Below, one piece after another: positions 1 to 13,849 of a DNA stretch of 64,000 bases (position 1 is the stretch's first letter; each line of letters begins with the position of its first letter). The notes beneath the pieces were generated by a model. It searched no databases. It was not told the DNA's origin and saw only the letters and a program-made list of their open reading frames with translations. The stretch lies in assembly GCF_018977255.1 (NCBI RefSeq), contig NW_024704743.1:103790001-103854000 (forward strand), written 5' to 3'. Both the position numbers and the translations under genes were made by a program. The stretch comes from Callorhinchus milii (Eukaryota).

Positions 1-1404
1 AAGACATCTAGAAGACATGAAAAGTGCTATATCAAATACAAGGATTATTATTATTATTACTATTCAGGTTATTCCCATTGCATTTTAAGGGATACCAAGA
101 ATATTTCAGAGGGTTATCAAACCGATTTGCTAGATTTATGTTTTCATATTCTCCATTATGGCTCAGCTCAGAATAAGTAATAATCCTTACATTGGTACAT
201 TTGCCCATCCTCTGGTAGGCATTAAAGGTCAAATGGCACTATTCAAAAAGAGAAAGGATTTTCTCTAGGAGTCCTGGCCAACAATCCTCCAGATTAATTG
301 GTCATTCATTTTGTGGTTGTTTGCAGGACTTTGCTGTGTGAAAATTGGAAGCTGTGGTTATCTCTAAAACACAGTTACTATGCGAATTGCTGCAAATCGC
401 TTTGTTGCGATAAGCCAAGCCGAGATAAAATGAAAGTTCTTTCTCTGATAGTGATTTTACCAAGATATAGATGGGGAATTTTGTAACCTTAAAACAAACA
501 AAAAAATCCATACATAAAATTGCAAAACCACTTGTTTGAAAATAACCTGGATATTCTTTCATGACATCCTTCGCAAAATAAATAAAACATATCCAAATTC
601 AACATAGCACATTTGGGCTTTTATCTTTATAAGAATTGCTGAGTACATCTTTAAGCAAAAAATTGTAATGTAGGCAGGTAGTATTTGTGTTGAGTCACAA
701 TAAAAACATATCTGTACTCCAGTAGAGATTCAGGTTGAACTGTGACCAGTTTTTTCCACGTCTGGTGCAAGTTGCAAAAGTGATTTTCATTCATTGCTGC
801 ATACAAAATCTTGACTGATTGAACTACAATTTCCCCAAGGTAGCTGAAACCAATTCACCAGGAATAAAAAGGCAATTTAGGCTCAAGGGACACATTTAAT
901 GAAGACAGCAAGAGAGAATCCTCAGACAAGAGACAGTGTGCAAAAGACTCTGTCAAAAATGATTCATCACTTATTTATTTCATACGTTTACTTTCTGCCT
1001 ATCATTTACCATTAACTGTTACATTCAAAATTAACATATGAGGTGGGGGGGAGAGATTAAAGCTACAATGTTCTTTTTGTAAGTGAAAAACTCTTGCATA
1101 CATTTCACCTTAAATGGGTTTGCTCCTATAGTTGCATGGCTCAGTTGGTAGTACTCTCGCATCCACAGTCATGAGTTTAAGCTCCATTTAGGGACTTTGA
1201 GCTCAGTCTAGGCCAGTGCTGGACTAACTATGACTCGTGGGGTCATCTGGAAAGATCCCTCCATCCACCCCTGAGCATTCGCCTAAGTCTAGATAACTTG
1301 TTCTGTAGTGTCCAACCGAACACCTGGTTTAATGTCTCATCCAAAGACAGCACCTCTGACATTGCAACACACCCCAGCACTGAATTGGAGTGTCAACTTG
1401 ACAA

Positions 1405-1742
1405 AGTAGTGGTTAGCACGCTCACCTTCAAGCAAAAAACCTGGGTTCGATTCCTGGCAGGGTGAAACCTTAAGCAAATTTCTTTTTACCACACGTCTCA
1501 GTTTACCTAGTAGTAAATACAAATCCAGTTGTTAAAGTCAATCCACGGATTGTTTTTTGGGGGTAATAATCCCTTAAAAAAAGTGGTCACTAATCCATGA
1601 CTGTTCGTGGGACCCTGCTGTGTGCAATTGGCTGCTGTGATTAGCCCACAAAATAATGTCAATTCACTTTACAGTATATTTTGTGAAGCGCTTTGAGATG
1701 TCTCAACGATGTGATAAGGTACTATAGCAAATGCAAGGATTG
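1405..1742 (+). mobile_element. Older, longer variant of the tRNA(Ala)-SINE, nested in an older Deu-SINE on the opposite strand
   Basis: Partial tRNA head (GTAGTGGTTAGCAC...GGGTTCGATTCC), then CCTTAAGCAAATTTC, an extra internal segment (CTCAGTTTACCTAGTAGTAAAT...), a Deu-like GTGGGACCCTGCTGTGTGCAATTGGCTG and an L2-type tail. Minus-strand pieces of an older SINE flank it at ~1300-1400 and ~1741-1766. Confidence 0.8.
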
Positions 1743-2165
1743 CTACCAACTGAGCCAGGCTGACATTAGTGTGACATTCTTTGCCTCATGCCCTACCTAG
1801 GCCCAAGGCAAGATAACATCCTTTATGCTCACTTCACTGATACACTGAACAACTCTCAAATCTGTTTATTCTCTCTGTCAGGATCCAAGCAATTGAATCA
1901 ATTAAACATGGAAGATTGAATAGGGCTCTGGGTTCACTCTCATTCAGCAGAAGTACTCAAACATGTGAGGAGTGGGAAGAGGAGCAAATGTACTATGTTC
2001 CAAGGTTTCTCCTTTCTTCGGTTTAAAGGAATCTTAGAATATTAAAACCCTGCAAATTTCAAAAAGAGAGGATATTCTCCAGGAATCACCAGTACATGAA
2101 CAGCTCTCAAACATTCAAGCACCAAACAAGATCACCAACTGGCAAGTATGCACAATCCACATTAG

Positions 2166-2565
2166 TTTATTCAGTTTTTCTGTTGGTGTTCGATACAGAG
2201 CAGAGCCACAGTCATAGCATTGATGTGAAAACTACCATCTCCCACAGGGAGAGAAGAAGCAGGATTTCAAATTCAAAAAAAATAAAAGATACTTCCTTCA
2301 AAAAGAATCTCTGCAAGGTCGTGTCTCTCAGCAATAAGAACAAAATATAAAAGAATAATATATTGAGAGATAGATCAAGGTTGAATCACACAGTTTTGTA
2401 CTTTTCCCTTCAATCTCTCCGTCTCGTCTTTGTTCTCTTTCTTTGGTTGTTTAATCTTTCCCACAGAATCGTCAAATGCGAGCTGCAAGAGCTACAGTTA
2501 ACATCACCATGCACTGTGCAAGCATCTGTAGACTGTTGTTGCTCCTCAAACTTCGGTTGGAACCA
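2166..2565 (-). CDS. Candidate terminal exon of an unidentified minus-strand gene (phase-1 reading VVPTEV*, stop 2548-2546) with 3'UTR to AATAAA
   Basis: Minus-strand AG at 2567-2566 with a moderate T-rich tract, and AATAAA on minus at 2171-2166. The frame is not determinable: other phases give WFQPKF...RRRD* or GSNRSL...ALAARI*. Confidence 0.3.
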
Positions 2566-3489
2566 CTATTAAGAATTTCTCAAAAAAANTCTTTAAAATG
2601 CAGGATGAGTAGAGTAGACAACACAGAAAAGCCTCAGCAATTAGATGCTTGAAACATGGAGACTGAAAGTAATAGTAGAAGCATGTTTTTGCACAGAAAG
2701 TCAGCAAATCAAGGCAACGCTTGTAATCCAAATATGCAAATCAATAGATTTAAGTTGTAAACTAAATCAAACACTCCTAACGTGCCAAGGGTTGTGAAAC
2801 AATTCAGTCATTCAACAGACCAACAGCCACTTTCAAAATGACTTAGCGCTATTGACTACTGCTAATTCTTGCATTTGACATAGTACCTTTCACATCGGGA
2901 GGATATCTCAAAATGCTTCACAGAATTCTTGGTAAAATGTAGTGACTGAATTTTGTTGGTGAACATGGCAGCCAGTTTGCATACAGCAAAGTCCCATAAA
3001 CAATAAAGAGAACCTGCCAGCAATGACACCTGATTTACAACAATAAAGTGAGGGAAAACAAATAATTCACAGGCTATCAAAAACAAGCAAATCTACATTC
3101 AACAACAACATGACATTTGTATAGCGCCTTTCACGTCGGGAGGACGTCCCAAGGCGCTGGACAGACAGAGTTTCGGAATCTGTGATTCGGATTCAGTGTA
3201 TATATATATGACGCTAAACGGGCTAAAGAAGGTAAACTTAGAACAATATTTTCAGATAAACCAAGGCAGCAGAACAAGAGAGTAAAGGTTCAGTGTTGGA
3301 GTAAAACCTTTCTTTAAAAAAATCTTTTTATTTCTTTACTAAGAGGATCAGTAATGATGGAACAAGTGACCAGAAAAGCTGACAGAGGCAAGGATACTGG
3401 ACTCTGTTGCAAAATAACTTGATGCTATGATAGTGATGCTGATGGGTATTTTGGAAGGATGAGATGGGCCGAAGGGCCTCCTTCATCCC

Positions 3490-3605
3490 ATGCGCAAAGC
3501 GATTTCCATGTGTAAGTGGTATGCATATGTGGAACTCGGTCTGGTTTAGATACTCTTAAGAATGGTAACGGGCTTCTATATGCATCGGACGCCTGGCTGA
3601 CGCGT
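3490..3605 (+). repeat. Fragment of unclassified repeat family X
   Basis: Reverse complement (GTCAGCCAGGCGTCCGATGCATATAGAAGCCCGTTACCATTCTTAAGAGTATCTAAACCAGAC...) aligns by eye with 11760-11850 and 56510-56605. Confidence 0.65.
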
Positions 3606-5541
3606 ACATTTTGTTTTAATGAACGTGGTTTGGATCACATTTGTTAAGCCCAAAGCCCTAAGGATTTGGGTAAGAGTAAATAGGTCGACATAAAACTGGA
3701 TTCAAGCAAGATAATTATTTAGACATCATTCACTTGCCATAATTACTTCCCACTTAATAATGATGCACATCAAAGCACAAACATTTCAGAACAAAACAGT
3801 GCAATGTTAGGTTAGTATGCAGTTTAACATCTTCATTGTAATTTAAAATCGCAAAAAATAGTGTGCACAAAAGGGTGTCGGAGAGAGAGAAAGAGATTAT
3901 ATTGCAGCGTCTCTGTCTTAGATCAGTTTAAGGAATAGACATTCCATGAATTACAAACTACATCCTATTCATGCACCACTGTTAAAGAAACATTTTTTTC
4001 TAGTGCCTTATACATCAGATGTCTCAAAGCTATTTACGATAATTGTCAAGCGATTGGTTTGCAGGGAAATGTGGTAGTTATTTTGAGCATGGATCTACTG
4101 TGGACCAGACCAAACTAGGAGCACAGTGCGCCAGGTTCTGGCTTCCTGCATCAGTAAATGGCCAACTTGCTTCAAAGCCAAGAGTCCTTTTTCTTCATCA
4201 AATACTTATCCCATGATAATAATACTTATTGGTGTTAATACTTAAAACGTTGTTGAGATACACTGTAAAGTGATGCGACTGTATTTTGTGGTTGATCCCG
4301 GCGGCCAATTTACACACAGCAATGTCCCACAAACAGCCATGGAGGCAGTGACCAATTTTATTTGGGGGAATGTTGGTAAGGACACTGGGAGAAACTCAAG
4401 TTTTCTTTTCAATGCACATTGTTCGGGTCACGCTTCAAAAGCATTTTATAATTTTTTTTACGTCCGTTCGTCTACAAAATACAGCCATTACACTATATCT
4501 TAAATCCTGTGAAGAGCTTTGAGATGTCCTCCTGACATGAAATGCTCTAGATCAATTGGAAGTATTATTATTATTATGTCCTTTGCCGTTTTTAAAACAT
4601 TGGTCATTTCTCAGCGGACACAAGAGACTCGCATCTCTAGAAAGAGCACTCTCGGGATTCAGTCAGTTGCATACTTACAGGGCAGTAAGGGTTGCACTCA
4701 GCCCTCCAATCTTTCAAGGCAGCTGTGGTTCATAAAGGGTTAAAACAGGAATCAGTAAGAGTGGCAGAGCAGCGGAAAGCAACTTCCTTCTGGCAGAGAT
4801 TCCAGCAAATTGCAATAATGGCTTATAAATTCTAAATTCCACTTTAAAGATTATTGGAATATTTCTGCACCTCGTAATATAGTACGCAGAATGGCGCTCT
4901 GCACCCACATTCATGCCAAAATGCAAAGCCTTAACCCTCAATTTATTTTGCAAAATCCTATTTTTAAAACCATGTTATTCACTAGGCCAGTCACTATGGA
5001 AACCAACGAGAAACAGAAGAGATATCTTCATTTAAAAGGAAAATAGCAGGGTTATTTGTTCAGTCATGTGTTCAGTGTATGACTCACAAGCAAACGATCA
5101 CGAGTTTAAATCCTAGCTGGGCTGCCAGTCACTGGTCTCAGTTTAGTCCAGCTCTTCCCACCGCTAAGGTAAAATCCTACTTCCTGGCTGTAAGAGACCG
5201 TCACCAGTGACTGTCCTGTCTTTGAAGTACAGAGCTGTATAGTCATCAGTGGCTCTGACTTTCCTGGCTTTCAAGTACCCAATATCAACAGGCAGCAATC
5301 ATCTCAAACTACACACTGACTAGTGCCCTTCAAGTTAACAATTAAGGAGGGGGGAATAAACATTTTTAAAAGGAGGCCTCCAGAACCAGGAGTAGGTTTT
5401 TTTTATTTTATTTTGTGAGCAAACGGTAAGAGCTTTGACTGATCTCAAGGTTTGAATAGGAGAAGCTTTGGAAAGTCAACATTTTGATGCTATAATTCAC
5501 AAATTCTCAACGAGTTGGATGCATTCAAAGATGTTGTAAAG

Positions 5542-6075
5542 CAACAACAACAAAATTACATTTATAGAGCGCCTTTCACGTCGGGAGGACATCCTAAAGC
5601 GCTGAACAGTCAGGTGTCGGAGCCCAAGTATGGAGGAGGGGTGGTGTAGGGGTGAGGGAAGGCAGAGAGGTGGGAGGGCAACCAAAGGCACGATCGAAGA
5701 TAAGGGTCTTGAGACTGGCCTTGAAGGGGGCAAGGGAGGAAGCGAGGCGAAGGGACCGTGGGATGGAGTTCCAGATTGTGGGGGCAGAGAGACTGAAAGT
5801 CCGGCTACCGATGGTGGGGGGGGGGGGGGTCGGGCGGGAGACACAGAGCAAGCCAGAGCCCGTTGAACGGAGGGAGCAAGCAGGTTGGTAGGGAGTCAGC
5901 AGGTCAGAGAAGTAGGAGGGTGCAAGGCCATGGATGGCTTTCAAAGTGATGACGAGGATCTTGAACTCGATTCTCTGGGGGATAGGGAGCCAGTGGAGTC
6001 GGACAAGGGTGGGAGTGATGGGGTCGCAAAGCCTGGTGCGCGAGAGTACACGAGCTGCAGAATTTCGGATGATCG
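5542..6075 (-). mobile_element. L2-clade LINE 3' fragment (ORF2 C-terminus plus 3' tail)
   Basis: Minus ORF reads [51 protein letters not shown], typical of the L2 ORF2 end. It ends in the GATGTCCTCCCGACGTGAAAGGCGC stem-loop and a (GTT)n tail. Confidence 0.92.
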
Positions 6076-9000
6076 TTTCGGATAAAAGCTGCACTGTCAC
6101 TTTCCAGTGAATCCCTGTGAAGCATTTTGGCATGTACTTCCAGCATGAAAGACACTATTCTAGATGCAAGAATTATTATTGGTATTAATACTAATAATAT
6201 TAATTAATTAGTTGGCTAATCTCAAAATTTAAGAGTGTCATTTGGTTTATTTCTTAAGGTGAGAACGTGGGACAATGAGGTCTCAGGACACATATCTGGC
6301 TGAGACCCATCATGAAACTCACACACACAAAATGGGACAACATGGATATAAACAGCTGGGCTGCAAATCAATCATCCCAAACTAAATTTACATAAGTATA
6401 AAAATAAACTTGACAGGTTTACAGTTTCCAATCTGAATCTGAACTTGCTAAACATTATTTCTGACACTGAAACAACAAATATAGCTCATTATCCAACCAA
6501 AAGGGCCATGTTAACTATATCTACTCAGATATATGACCTCTTCTCTTGCCTCCACCCCCATTACCTTCAATACGAGAGCGAGTGTGTGACCTCGGTTATT
6601 TACATTGGGATCCGCAATGGAATTAGATGACTTAAGCTTACACAAAGGGCATTAACTGTCATGTAAACAGTGCTGTTTTTTCTCCAAAGAAATTTCAAAT
6701 CCAATTTAAAGGCCGTGCATCACTATTCTCAGTTTGCTAAAAGAACGCTATTTCTTGGCTACATTAAAAGGTGTGCCGCAAACTAATCTTGTGCACTTTT
6801 CATTTTCACCCACAGAGGGACTTAGCTAACACACGTTTCAAATCAAAACAAACAAAAAAAGGCAAATTGATACAAATGCCAAAATTAAAATGTAGTGCAC
6901 TACAGATTGAATGTCTGCAACTGCCTGCTGTTTCTCGGCATGTATTAAGTTGTCTCTGTGTATCACCAAATAAGTCATAAAATTCACATTTTCATCAAAA
7001 ATATATTAAGACCCATCAGAATAAAAACATCTAATTCTGATGGAATCAAGCAAGTAATTTTTAGACAAAGCCTTCTAAATACTGAAGGAGATTTTAGTAA
7101 CTCCCAATTCACTGAAAATGTCAATGAGAAGAAATGTCAGTGGCTATTCAATTTACATTTGCGTGTAAATGGAATGTACCCCCAGCTTTGGCACTCATCA
7201 AGGTAGGTAATGGATACTTATAATAATCCTTGATTAGAGACCTCACTATGCAAGCTGTATATATGCAGTAAGCACACAGCCCCGCGATGCCACTTGATCA
7301 ATATTTACAGTATGTCCTTCAAAAGATGTGAAAGATACAAAGTTAATTGCATCTAATCATATTTTGTACTTTTCTTTCCTTTCTCCCAGCCATTCTCCCC
7401 CCCACCAAAAAGAATCAAACTTCAAAAACGTAGCAAATAAATTCTGAACAGGCTTCATACAATGAGCAACTGCTCCTCCAAGTCCAGTTGTGCTTTGCCC
7501 ACTTCCCTTCAATCACATGGAATTGGAGCCTGATATTTAGAAACCAGGATTTTACACTAGGATAAACGTGCTATTGCAGTGACTGTTTTAGCAATCTTTT
7601 CAGTACAATGGATTGTCAGAGCGCTTACACTGATAATATAAACACACATACTCTGCATCCAATTATGGACATTGATGGAATATTGGCATGACTTGTGCTG
7701 GAATACCTTATTTGCACTGCTCCTCTATGGCAAAGATGTTCAGAATACAGTTTCATGCATACGGTCAATCATGTACTCTGTGCAACCGTGCACAGGGGAA
7801 CAATCAAACCCATCAATAGTCTGCATCAAATTGTTGAGACATTAATGAAGAACCCTTTACAGCACCCACACCAAATTTTATAATCCTGCTTCTTCTGCCC
7901 TGCGGCTTTCTACAACTGCTAGAAGCTGGGGGAAAGACAGTATTCAGAAATCTGGTGACAATGTATCTGTGTATTTAATGGTTTATATTGAGAAAATATT
8001 TTTTTATTTCTTTAAGAAATATTGAAAATTAGCCCCTAATGAAGAGATGTACCATATCAAGTTGTTTAAATATATGTATTATATATATTAATATTTGATA
8101 TATATATAAATAAAGAGAGAGAATGTAGAAAAACTCCAGTCCTTTTTGTATCAGACAAGATATCAGTGCTTTAGAGATCAACTCCTGCAACCTTCCCAAC
8201 TCTGTGTTACTTCTGTTCTCTGGTTCTCGTCCTCTCTCCTCTCGTTCGAAAATACCATTTGTGGTATTGAAAGAAACGAGTAGCACAATTCAACCCAGTC
8301 TCAGTCGTGCCTGCTCCAGTGAAGCCGAACAGAAACTCTTCGAGATGCTGCATTAACAGCACCATTCATTTATTTTGTTCCAAGAGACTAAAATAAACCC
8401 GCAAACTGCTGATAATAGCTTGCAAAAAAAGAGAATTTTCCAGTCAGTCATTCTCACGTGCTCAGAAAGACATTAAATGGTAAATCTGAGAAAACTCAAG
8501 TGCACAGCAGTCTAATGGGAACAATTTCCATTCTCATCATAAAGAACAGATTATACATAATAATTCAAGGAACAAACCAATGAAATGCTCTCCTGAAACT
8601 GAACAAAAAGTCACGACAGTCACAAACCACCTATATTCATGATAATAATCCTTGTGTTTGATATAGCACTTTCATGTTAGAAGGGCATTTCAAAGTAATT
8701 CACAAAATACTACAAAGTGCATTCCATAGGCAAATTTATACAGAGCTTTTTACATTGGGACGAGGTCTCAAAGCCCTTCACACAAATGAGTGGGTACCAT
8801 AGTGAGAGGGGGAAACTGAAGAAGATAGGGGGCGTGAAAGTAGATGGAAAGCGAATTGCAAGACCCATATGACAAGGACAGAACATATGAAATGGGGGTC
8901 AGTAAGTTCAGTACAACACTCGTCACGGTTTTGATGCTAAAAGGTGGCATGCAGACTCGAAGACTGAGCTACACTACGTTAGTCAATGGAGCCAGAGGAG

Positions 9001-9934
9001 GTCAGTGTGTGAATCTCAGGAGCCACCATGTTGTCAGTTAGTCTTGGGAACCAAGCTCTGCAAATGAGAAGCTAACGATCAGGTCACCTGCCGCATATTT
9101 ACAATGTCTGAGCAGAGCAGTTTCAATTGGAAGGTTGGAGGATCAAGTACTTATCTTTGGATAGTCATGGGATAGAGCAAACTGAATCAGAAGCAGCTTG
9201 CAATGAACCTAAGAGGCAGTGGTGTCCAGCTTGTGAGATTCGTAAATTACGAATGCCAAATGCATCACATGCTGACACTCTGGAACTTTGCCCAGCAATC
9301 CTCTTGATTTTGATTCCAAAATCCAAACAGTATTCTTGAGTATTTGCTGACACATCAAGGATTTGATTGTTACAAATTATTTTGAAAATTTTGCAAACTA
9401 GACCAAAACATGAGAGTCTAAAGACACCTTGCAACTCCAAAGAGGGACTGTTTAGCGACCCTTTCTGCAGGCATCATAACAGGAAGACCTCACAGCCAGC
9501 CACAAGGTGAATGCTTGCATATTACCCAGGATATTGGCACAGGAGCAAGACACCACTTGTGAAACACGTCTTAGTTCGTCACTGAACTACAATAAAATTG
9601 AATCAAGAAAAGAACAGTAAAACATCTAATAAAGCTTTCAACACACCTTGTTTTTCTTTGTTCGTTACAACTACACAGATTGTGAAATTTATTTGGGTAC
9701 TGAACCCATCTACATAAACCTTTAGCCATATACACAAGTCATTATTGCTGACGGTGCAAGATAGCAGTCAGCCCATTATAGTAACTCACAATTCTGTAGT
9801 AGTCAGCACTGGCACATGTAAGGCACAAACGGGGATCAAATAGAACCTAGTATATTAGCATGTAAAAGGCATAAAATAAACTCAGACAGATGTTAAATCT
9901 ATCTAAATCATTCACCTACAAAAATCCTATGAAG

Positions 9935-10185
9935 TGCATTGAGATTTCTCCTTGACATGAAAGGTGTATATCAAATGCAAGGACTGTTAATAATTTTTGG
10001 AGGATTATTACCTCCGGAAAAGTGATCCGCCAATCAACTAAGAACCAGATTCCTACTTACTGCTAGGTAAACAGAGGCATGCAGAGTAAGGAAAGTTGCC
10101 TGAGGTTTCGCCCTGCCAGGAAATCGAACCCAAGTCCTCTCGCTTGCAAGACGAGTGCTCTAACCACTACACTACAGGACGCTAC
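9935..10185 (-). mobile_element. Older long-variant tRNA-SINE, internally deleted
   Basis: Head on minus (GTAGTGTAGTGGTTTAGAGCACTCGTCTTGCAAGCGAGAGGACTTGGGTTCGATTTCC), the same internal TGCCTCTGTTTACCTAGCAGTAAG segment as 1405-1742, and a tail remnant near 9935-9990. Confidence 0.7.
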
Positions 10186-10292
10186 ATAATAATGCAAATG
10201 AAAGGCAGCTAGATAGACATAATAGACAAATAATTCCAGTAGGATAGCCCAAACATGATTAGTCTCTTGTGATTAAGGGATTCATCACATCT

Positions 10293-10612
10293 ATAATAAT
10301 AATAATCCTTGCATTTGATATAGCGCTTTTCACGTCTTCTAGACATCCCAAAGCGCTTCACAGAACATACTGTGAAGTGAATTGACTGTATATTTGTGGG
10401 CGAACGCGGCAGCCAATTGCGCACAGCAATGTCCCACAAACAGTCGTAGATTGAAAATGACCAATTTATTATTGTTTTTTTTTTGGTTTTTGGAGGGATT
10501 ATTATTAGGCGTGTGGAGTAAGAAACTTGCCCAAGGTTTCGCCCTGCCTGGAATTGAACTCAGGTGTCTCGCTTGCAAAGTGAGTGCTCTAACCACTGAG
10601 CTACAGGACTCT
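10293..10612 (-). mobile_element. Young tRNA(Ala)-derived SINE, full length (TAGAA-loop tail)
   Basis: Near-identical to the other six copies. Pol III A box TAGCTCAGTGG, B box-like AGTTCAATTCC, (ATT)n tail. Confidence 0.95.
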
Positions 10613-10639
10613 ACTCATCTCATCTCATAAAACATCTGC

Positions 10640-10990
10640 TGTCAGATTAGCTACGTTAGTAGCACCCTCTCCGCCAAGTCAGAATGTCGTGGGTTCAAAC
10701 TCGATGTCCGGACTTTGAACTCGCATTGTCTAAATTGACACTCAAAAGCAGTGCTGGGGGTTACTTTATTGTTGAAAGTAGCTTTAATTGGATAAGACAT
10801 TAAACTGATGTCCCACCTGCCTGTTGAAGAGGACATTAAAGATCTCGTGGCACTAATGGCAGAGAGAAGACTCTCCCAGTGCTCTGGTCAACAATCCACC
10901 AGACAAAATTGGCAAAATAGGTTGTTCACATCATGGCCACGTGTGGGACATTGCTGTGTGCAAACTTGCTGCTAATTCGCACATAGCAAT
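10640..10990 (+). mobile_element. Old Deu-domain SINE (SacSINE1-like)
   Basis: tRNA-like head (GTGGGTTCAAAC), then ATTAAAGATCTCGTGGCACTA...CTCTCCCAGTGCTCTGGTCAACAATCC...GTGGGACATTGCTGTGTGCAAACTTGCTGC, matching the Deu domain as I know it. Homologous to 47933-48338 and 61654-62084. Confidence 0.8.
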
Positions 10991-11751
10991 TTAAAGGATC
11001 ATCATTTGTATACAACAATATAATTGCATTGATATAGAGCCTGTAATGTCAGGAGAACGTCCCAAGATGCACAACCAAGGATAAGGCGAATGATCACCTG
11101 TTGCCACTCTTGTTAAGCAGATGGAGCCTTTGGGTGAAAGGCTTCTTACAGGAGTAGCTCAATCCTTTGATAAATAAACTTACCATCCCCTTGTTCGAAA
11201 CTCCCATTTCCAAAATATACCAGTAGCAAACATGGTCATTTTCACATTTGTTTGGTTTAAGGAATGGTTGTGCACTTTCCTTTTTTAAAATGTTAAAAAA
11301 ATGGAAACCTCCCACCATTTGATGAGTCAATAGTCAAGTTTCTGAAACACTGACAAAGACTTGGATGAATGCATCTGTGGTTTGCTTAGATGCTGACAGC
11401 TGACCAGTTCAACAAGAGTTTGCATCACAGTAGCTGGTTATATATTTTTCCTTTTATATTGCAAGAAGAATGCAAGCAGTCGAGCCCTGTATCATATGCA
11501 ATGTCACTGATTCAAAACCCGATGACAGCTTTTTTTAAAAAAAGTCATGAACTTCCCAGATATTTGGTACTTCAGAGATTTTTTAAAAAAATCTTTTCGG
11601 GAGCTGCTCCATGGAACTTGCTAGAAACATCAACCTCAGGAGGCTTCTGGAAAAAGTTTGTAACAATGAGTTTAGAAAGAACATTGCTTGTCAGACAGCG
11701 GAATATTGAAGCTCTCTTATTCAATGACCCTCTCAGCAGCCCCACCACCAA

Positions 11752-12100
11752 TTTTTTTGTCAGCCAGGTGTCTGACGTATGTGGAAACCCATCACCACGT
11801 TTATCAGTATCCAAAGCAAACGGGTCTGTGCATGCCACCTACACATGGAAAATCCTGTGTTGGGAATGGAATGAGCACTCTCGCTGGAGGGATGCATCCT
11901 ACCTATCTATTTCTAGTGAGTTTTAGTAGCAGGTTAGCAATAGCCAAGACTTGGGGGAACCCAGAATGTGCTTTGGGATACTGCTGAAGTCCAACCAGCT
12001 AAAACTGCATAGCTTGCCACTGAGTGCATTGTCTGGCAAGCTTGCCGCTGCTTGTCCAGTCTACTCTTAATGAATTTGGCTTGCAGAATTAACAGAGTTA
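11752..12100 (-). repeat. Unclassified repeat family X (partial copy)
   Basis: Colinear with 56500-56900 (same strand) and with 41495-41845 (opposite strand). Shared blocks include TCTGAC.TATGTGGAAACCCATCACCA, CTGGAGGGATGCATCCT, GCTGCTTGTCCAG and TTTGGCTTGCAGA.TTAACAG. Confidence 0.8.
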
Positions 12101-12668
12101 AGTTTAATAAAACCCTGCTCCCAATGGGAAGAATCCCTGCCCACCATCAATCAAGGATTTTCCGTTGTATAAATTATACTGACAGCATTTATTGATCATT
12201 ACTTTCAGATTACAATTGGATTGTGAATAAGGGATTGCAAGTTATTAGTCTGTAAACCACTAGTGAGTGTAGCAATAAATTGCCACTTATACAGTCACAG
12301 AATTCATGCAAGTAATAGTCAGACGTCATTCAGTTTACTACAGGTCTGTTTATAACATTGTTGCAATGTGGGTCAGTGGCCAGGAAAACTGGGAGAATCT
12401 CCCTTCTCTTCATAAATAGTGACACTGAATCTTTAACATCCACCCTAGCAGGCAGACAAGACCTTGGCTTGACATCTCATTCAAAGGACAACATGGGGCT
12501 TAAATAAAACCAACTAATGTGATGCGAACACATGTCAAATTGGTTAGTTGTCTGTAACTAAACAAACACTACAGACAAGTTCATCACATCTTTCAGAAGC
12601 AAGATTTCTTTGAAGAATGTTTTATCGTAGAAGAAATGCAAGTTAATTCCTTGAACAAATGAGTAAAC

Positions 12669-12760
12669 CTGCTGGTATACTTGATTTTGACACGGGGCTT
12701 CCAGCACAGTACACTTCCATTGTACGGCATGCAGAAAACCTTTCCGAGTCCCAACCACCA
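12669..12760 (-). CDS. Candidate 92-nt internal exon (phase-2 reading GGWDSERFSACRTMEVYCAGSPVSKSSIPA)
   Basis: Acceptor tgtttccag, weak donor CAG|gtttac, several CpGs, open in all three frames. No homology recognised. Confidence 0.25.
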
Positions 12761-13297
12761 CTGGAAACATTCACAACAGTGTTTGCTAGTTATCTAAGCA
12801 CTTGCACAGCATGATTCAGTAACATGAATTTGGGGGGTGGGGGGGAAGAGGAGAAAACAATAACAACTTGCATTTCCATAGCACCCTCTAGGATAGCCTC
12901 TGAGTGCAGGGTTGGATGCTGAGCTAGGAGGAAGTGGGTAGCGGGAAAACCGATGGCTGCTCTATAACAATCTATTAGCATGTGGGGTCTGATTTTATGG
13001 ACCCAAATCACTATGTCAACGGGATCAATCTATTCTACATCTTGAAGATTAAACAAAATTGTTTTCTCCAATATACAAAATACATTTGAACAGCAGCAGC
13101 AGCATTAACCTGATATTAAAAAAAACACATTATTCAGCTGCATCCACAACCAAGTAGTCCACAGCCCCCCGCCTCGCAAAGGCAATGCTCTTCCAAGTAA
13201 AGGTATTTGATCAAATATTTATGCTAATGACCTGCATTCTTATTGATAACCAGATGTCCATCCAGATTTTTTCATCCAGACAATCACACCAACTAGC

Positions 13298-13608
13298 AAT
13301 AATAATAATAATAATAATAATCCTTGCATTTGATATAGCGCTTTTCACGTCGGGAGGACGTCCCAAAGCGCTTCACAGAACACACTGTAAAGTGAATTGA
13401 CTGTATATTTGTGGGCGAACGCGGCAGCCAATTGCACACAGCAATGTCCCACAAACAGTCGTAGATTGAAAATGACCAATTTATTATTGTTTTTGGTTTT
13501 GGAGGGATTATTATTAGGAAACTTGCCCAAGGTTTCGCCCTGCCTGGAATTGAACTCAGGTCTCTCGCTTGCAAAGCGAGTGCTCTAACCACTGAGCCAC
13601 AGGACTCC
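13298..13608 (-). mobile_element. Young tRNA(Ala)-derived SINE with a small internal deletion
   Basis: Near-identical to the family, but lacks the CGTGTGGAGTAAGG stretch between two AGG repeats near 13518. CTCCC-loop tail, (ATT)n. Confidence 0.95.
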
Positions 13609-13849
13609 ACTTTAGCGTACATCCGTCCCTCAAACATCCAACATTGCTGTCACTCATTTACTTATCCTGTTGTTTCATGAAGAGATCAATTGATGCAGCA
13701 CCAGGTCTGTTCTACTTATTCACCCACTGCTGTAATCTGCAGGGAAACGTATTCCTTGTAAGATCGCTTAAGCCTCTTGCTCAGTACTCGCAGGAAATCA
13801 GGTACTTACATGTTGAATTTTGACAAGACCAAGGCTTCACCTATTAGAC

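Noticed and set aside
2589..2589. Single N base
   Set aside because: Sequencing or assembly ambiguity next to an A run; not biological.
8130..8387. Further minus-strand terminal exon candidate
   Set aside because: Short polypyrimidine tract and an AATAAA immediately inside it; cannot be separated from chance.
11390..11926. 178-aa + strand ORF
   Set aside because: No recognisable domain. Its 3' part is repeat X, whose other copies do not keep this frame.
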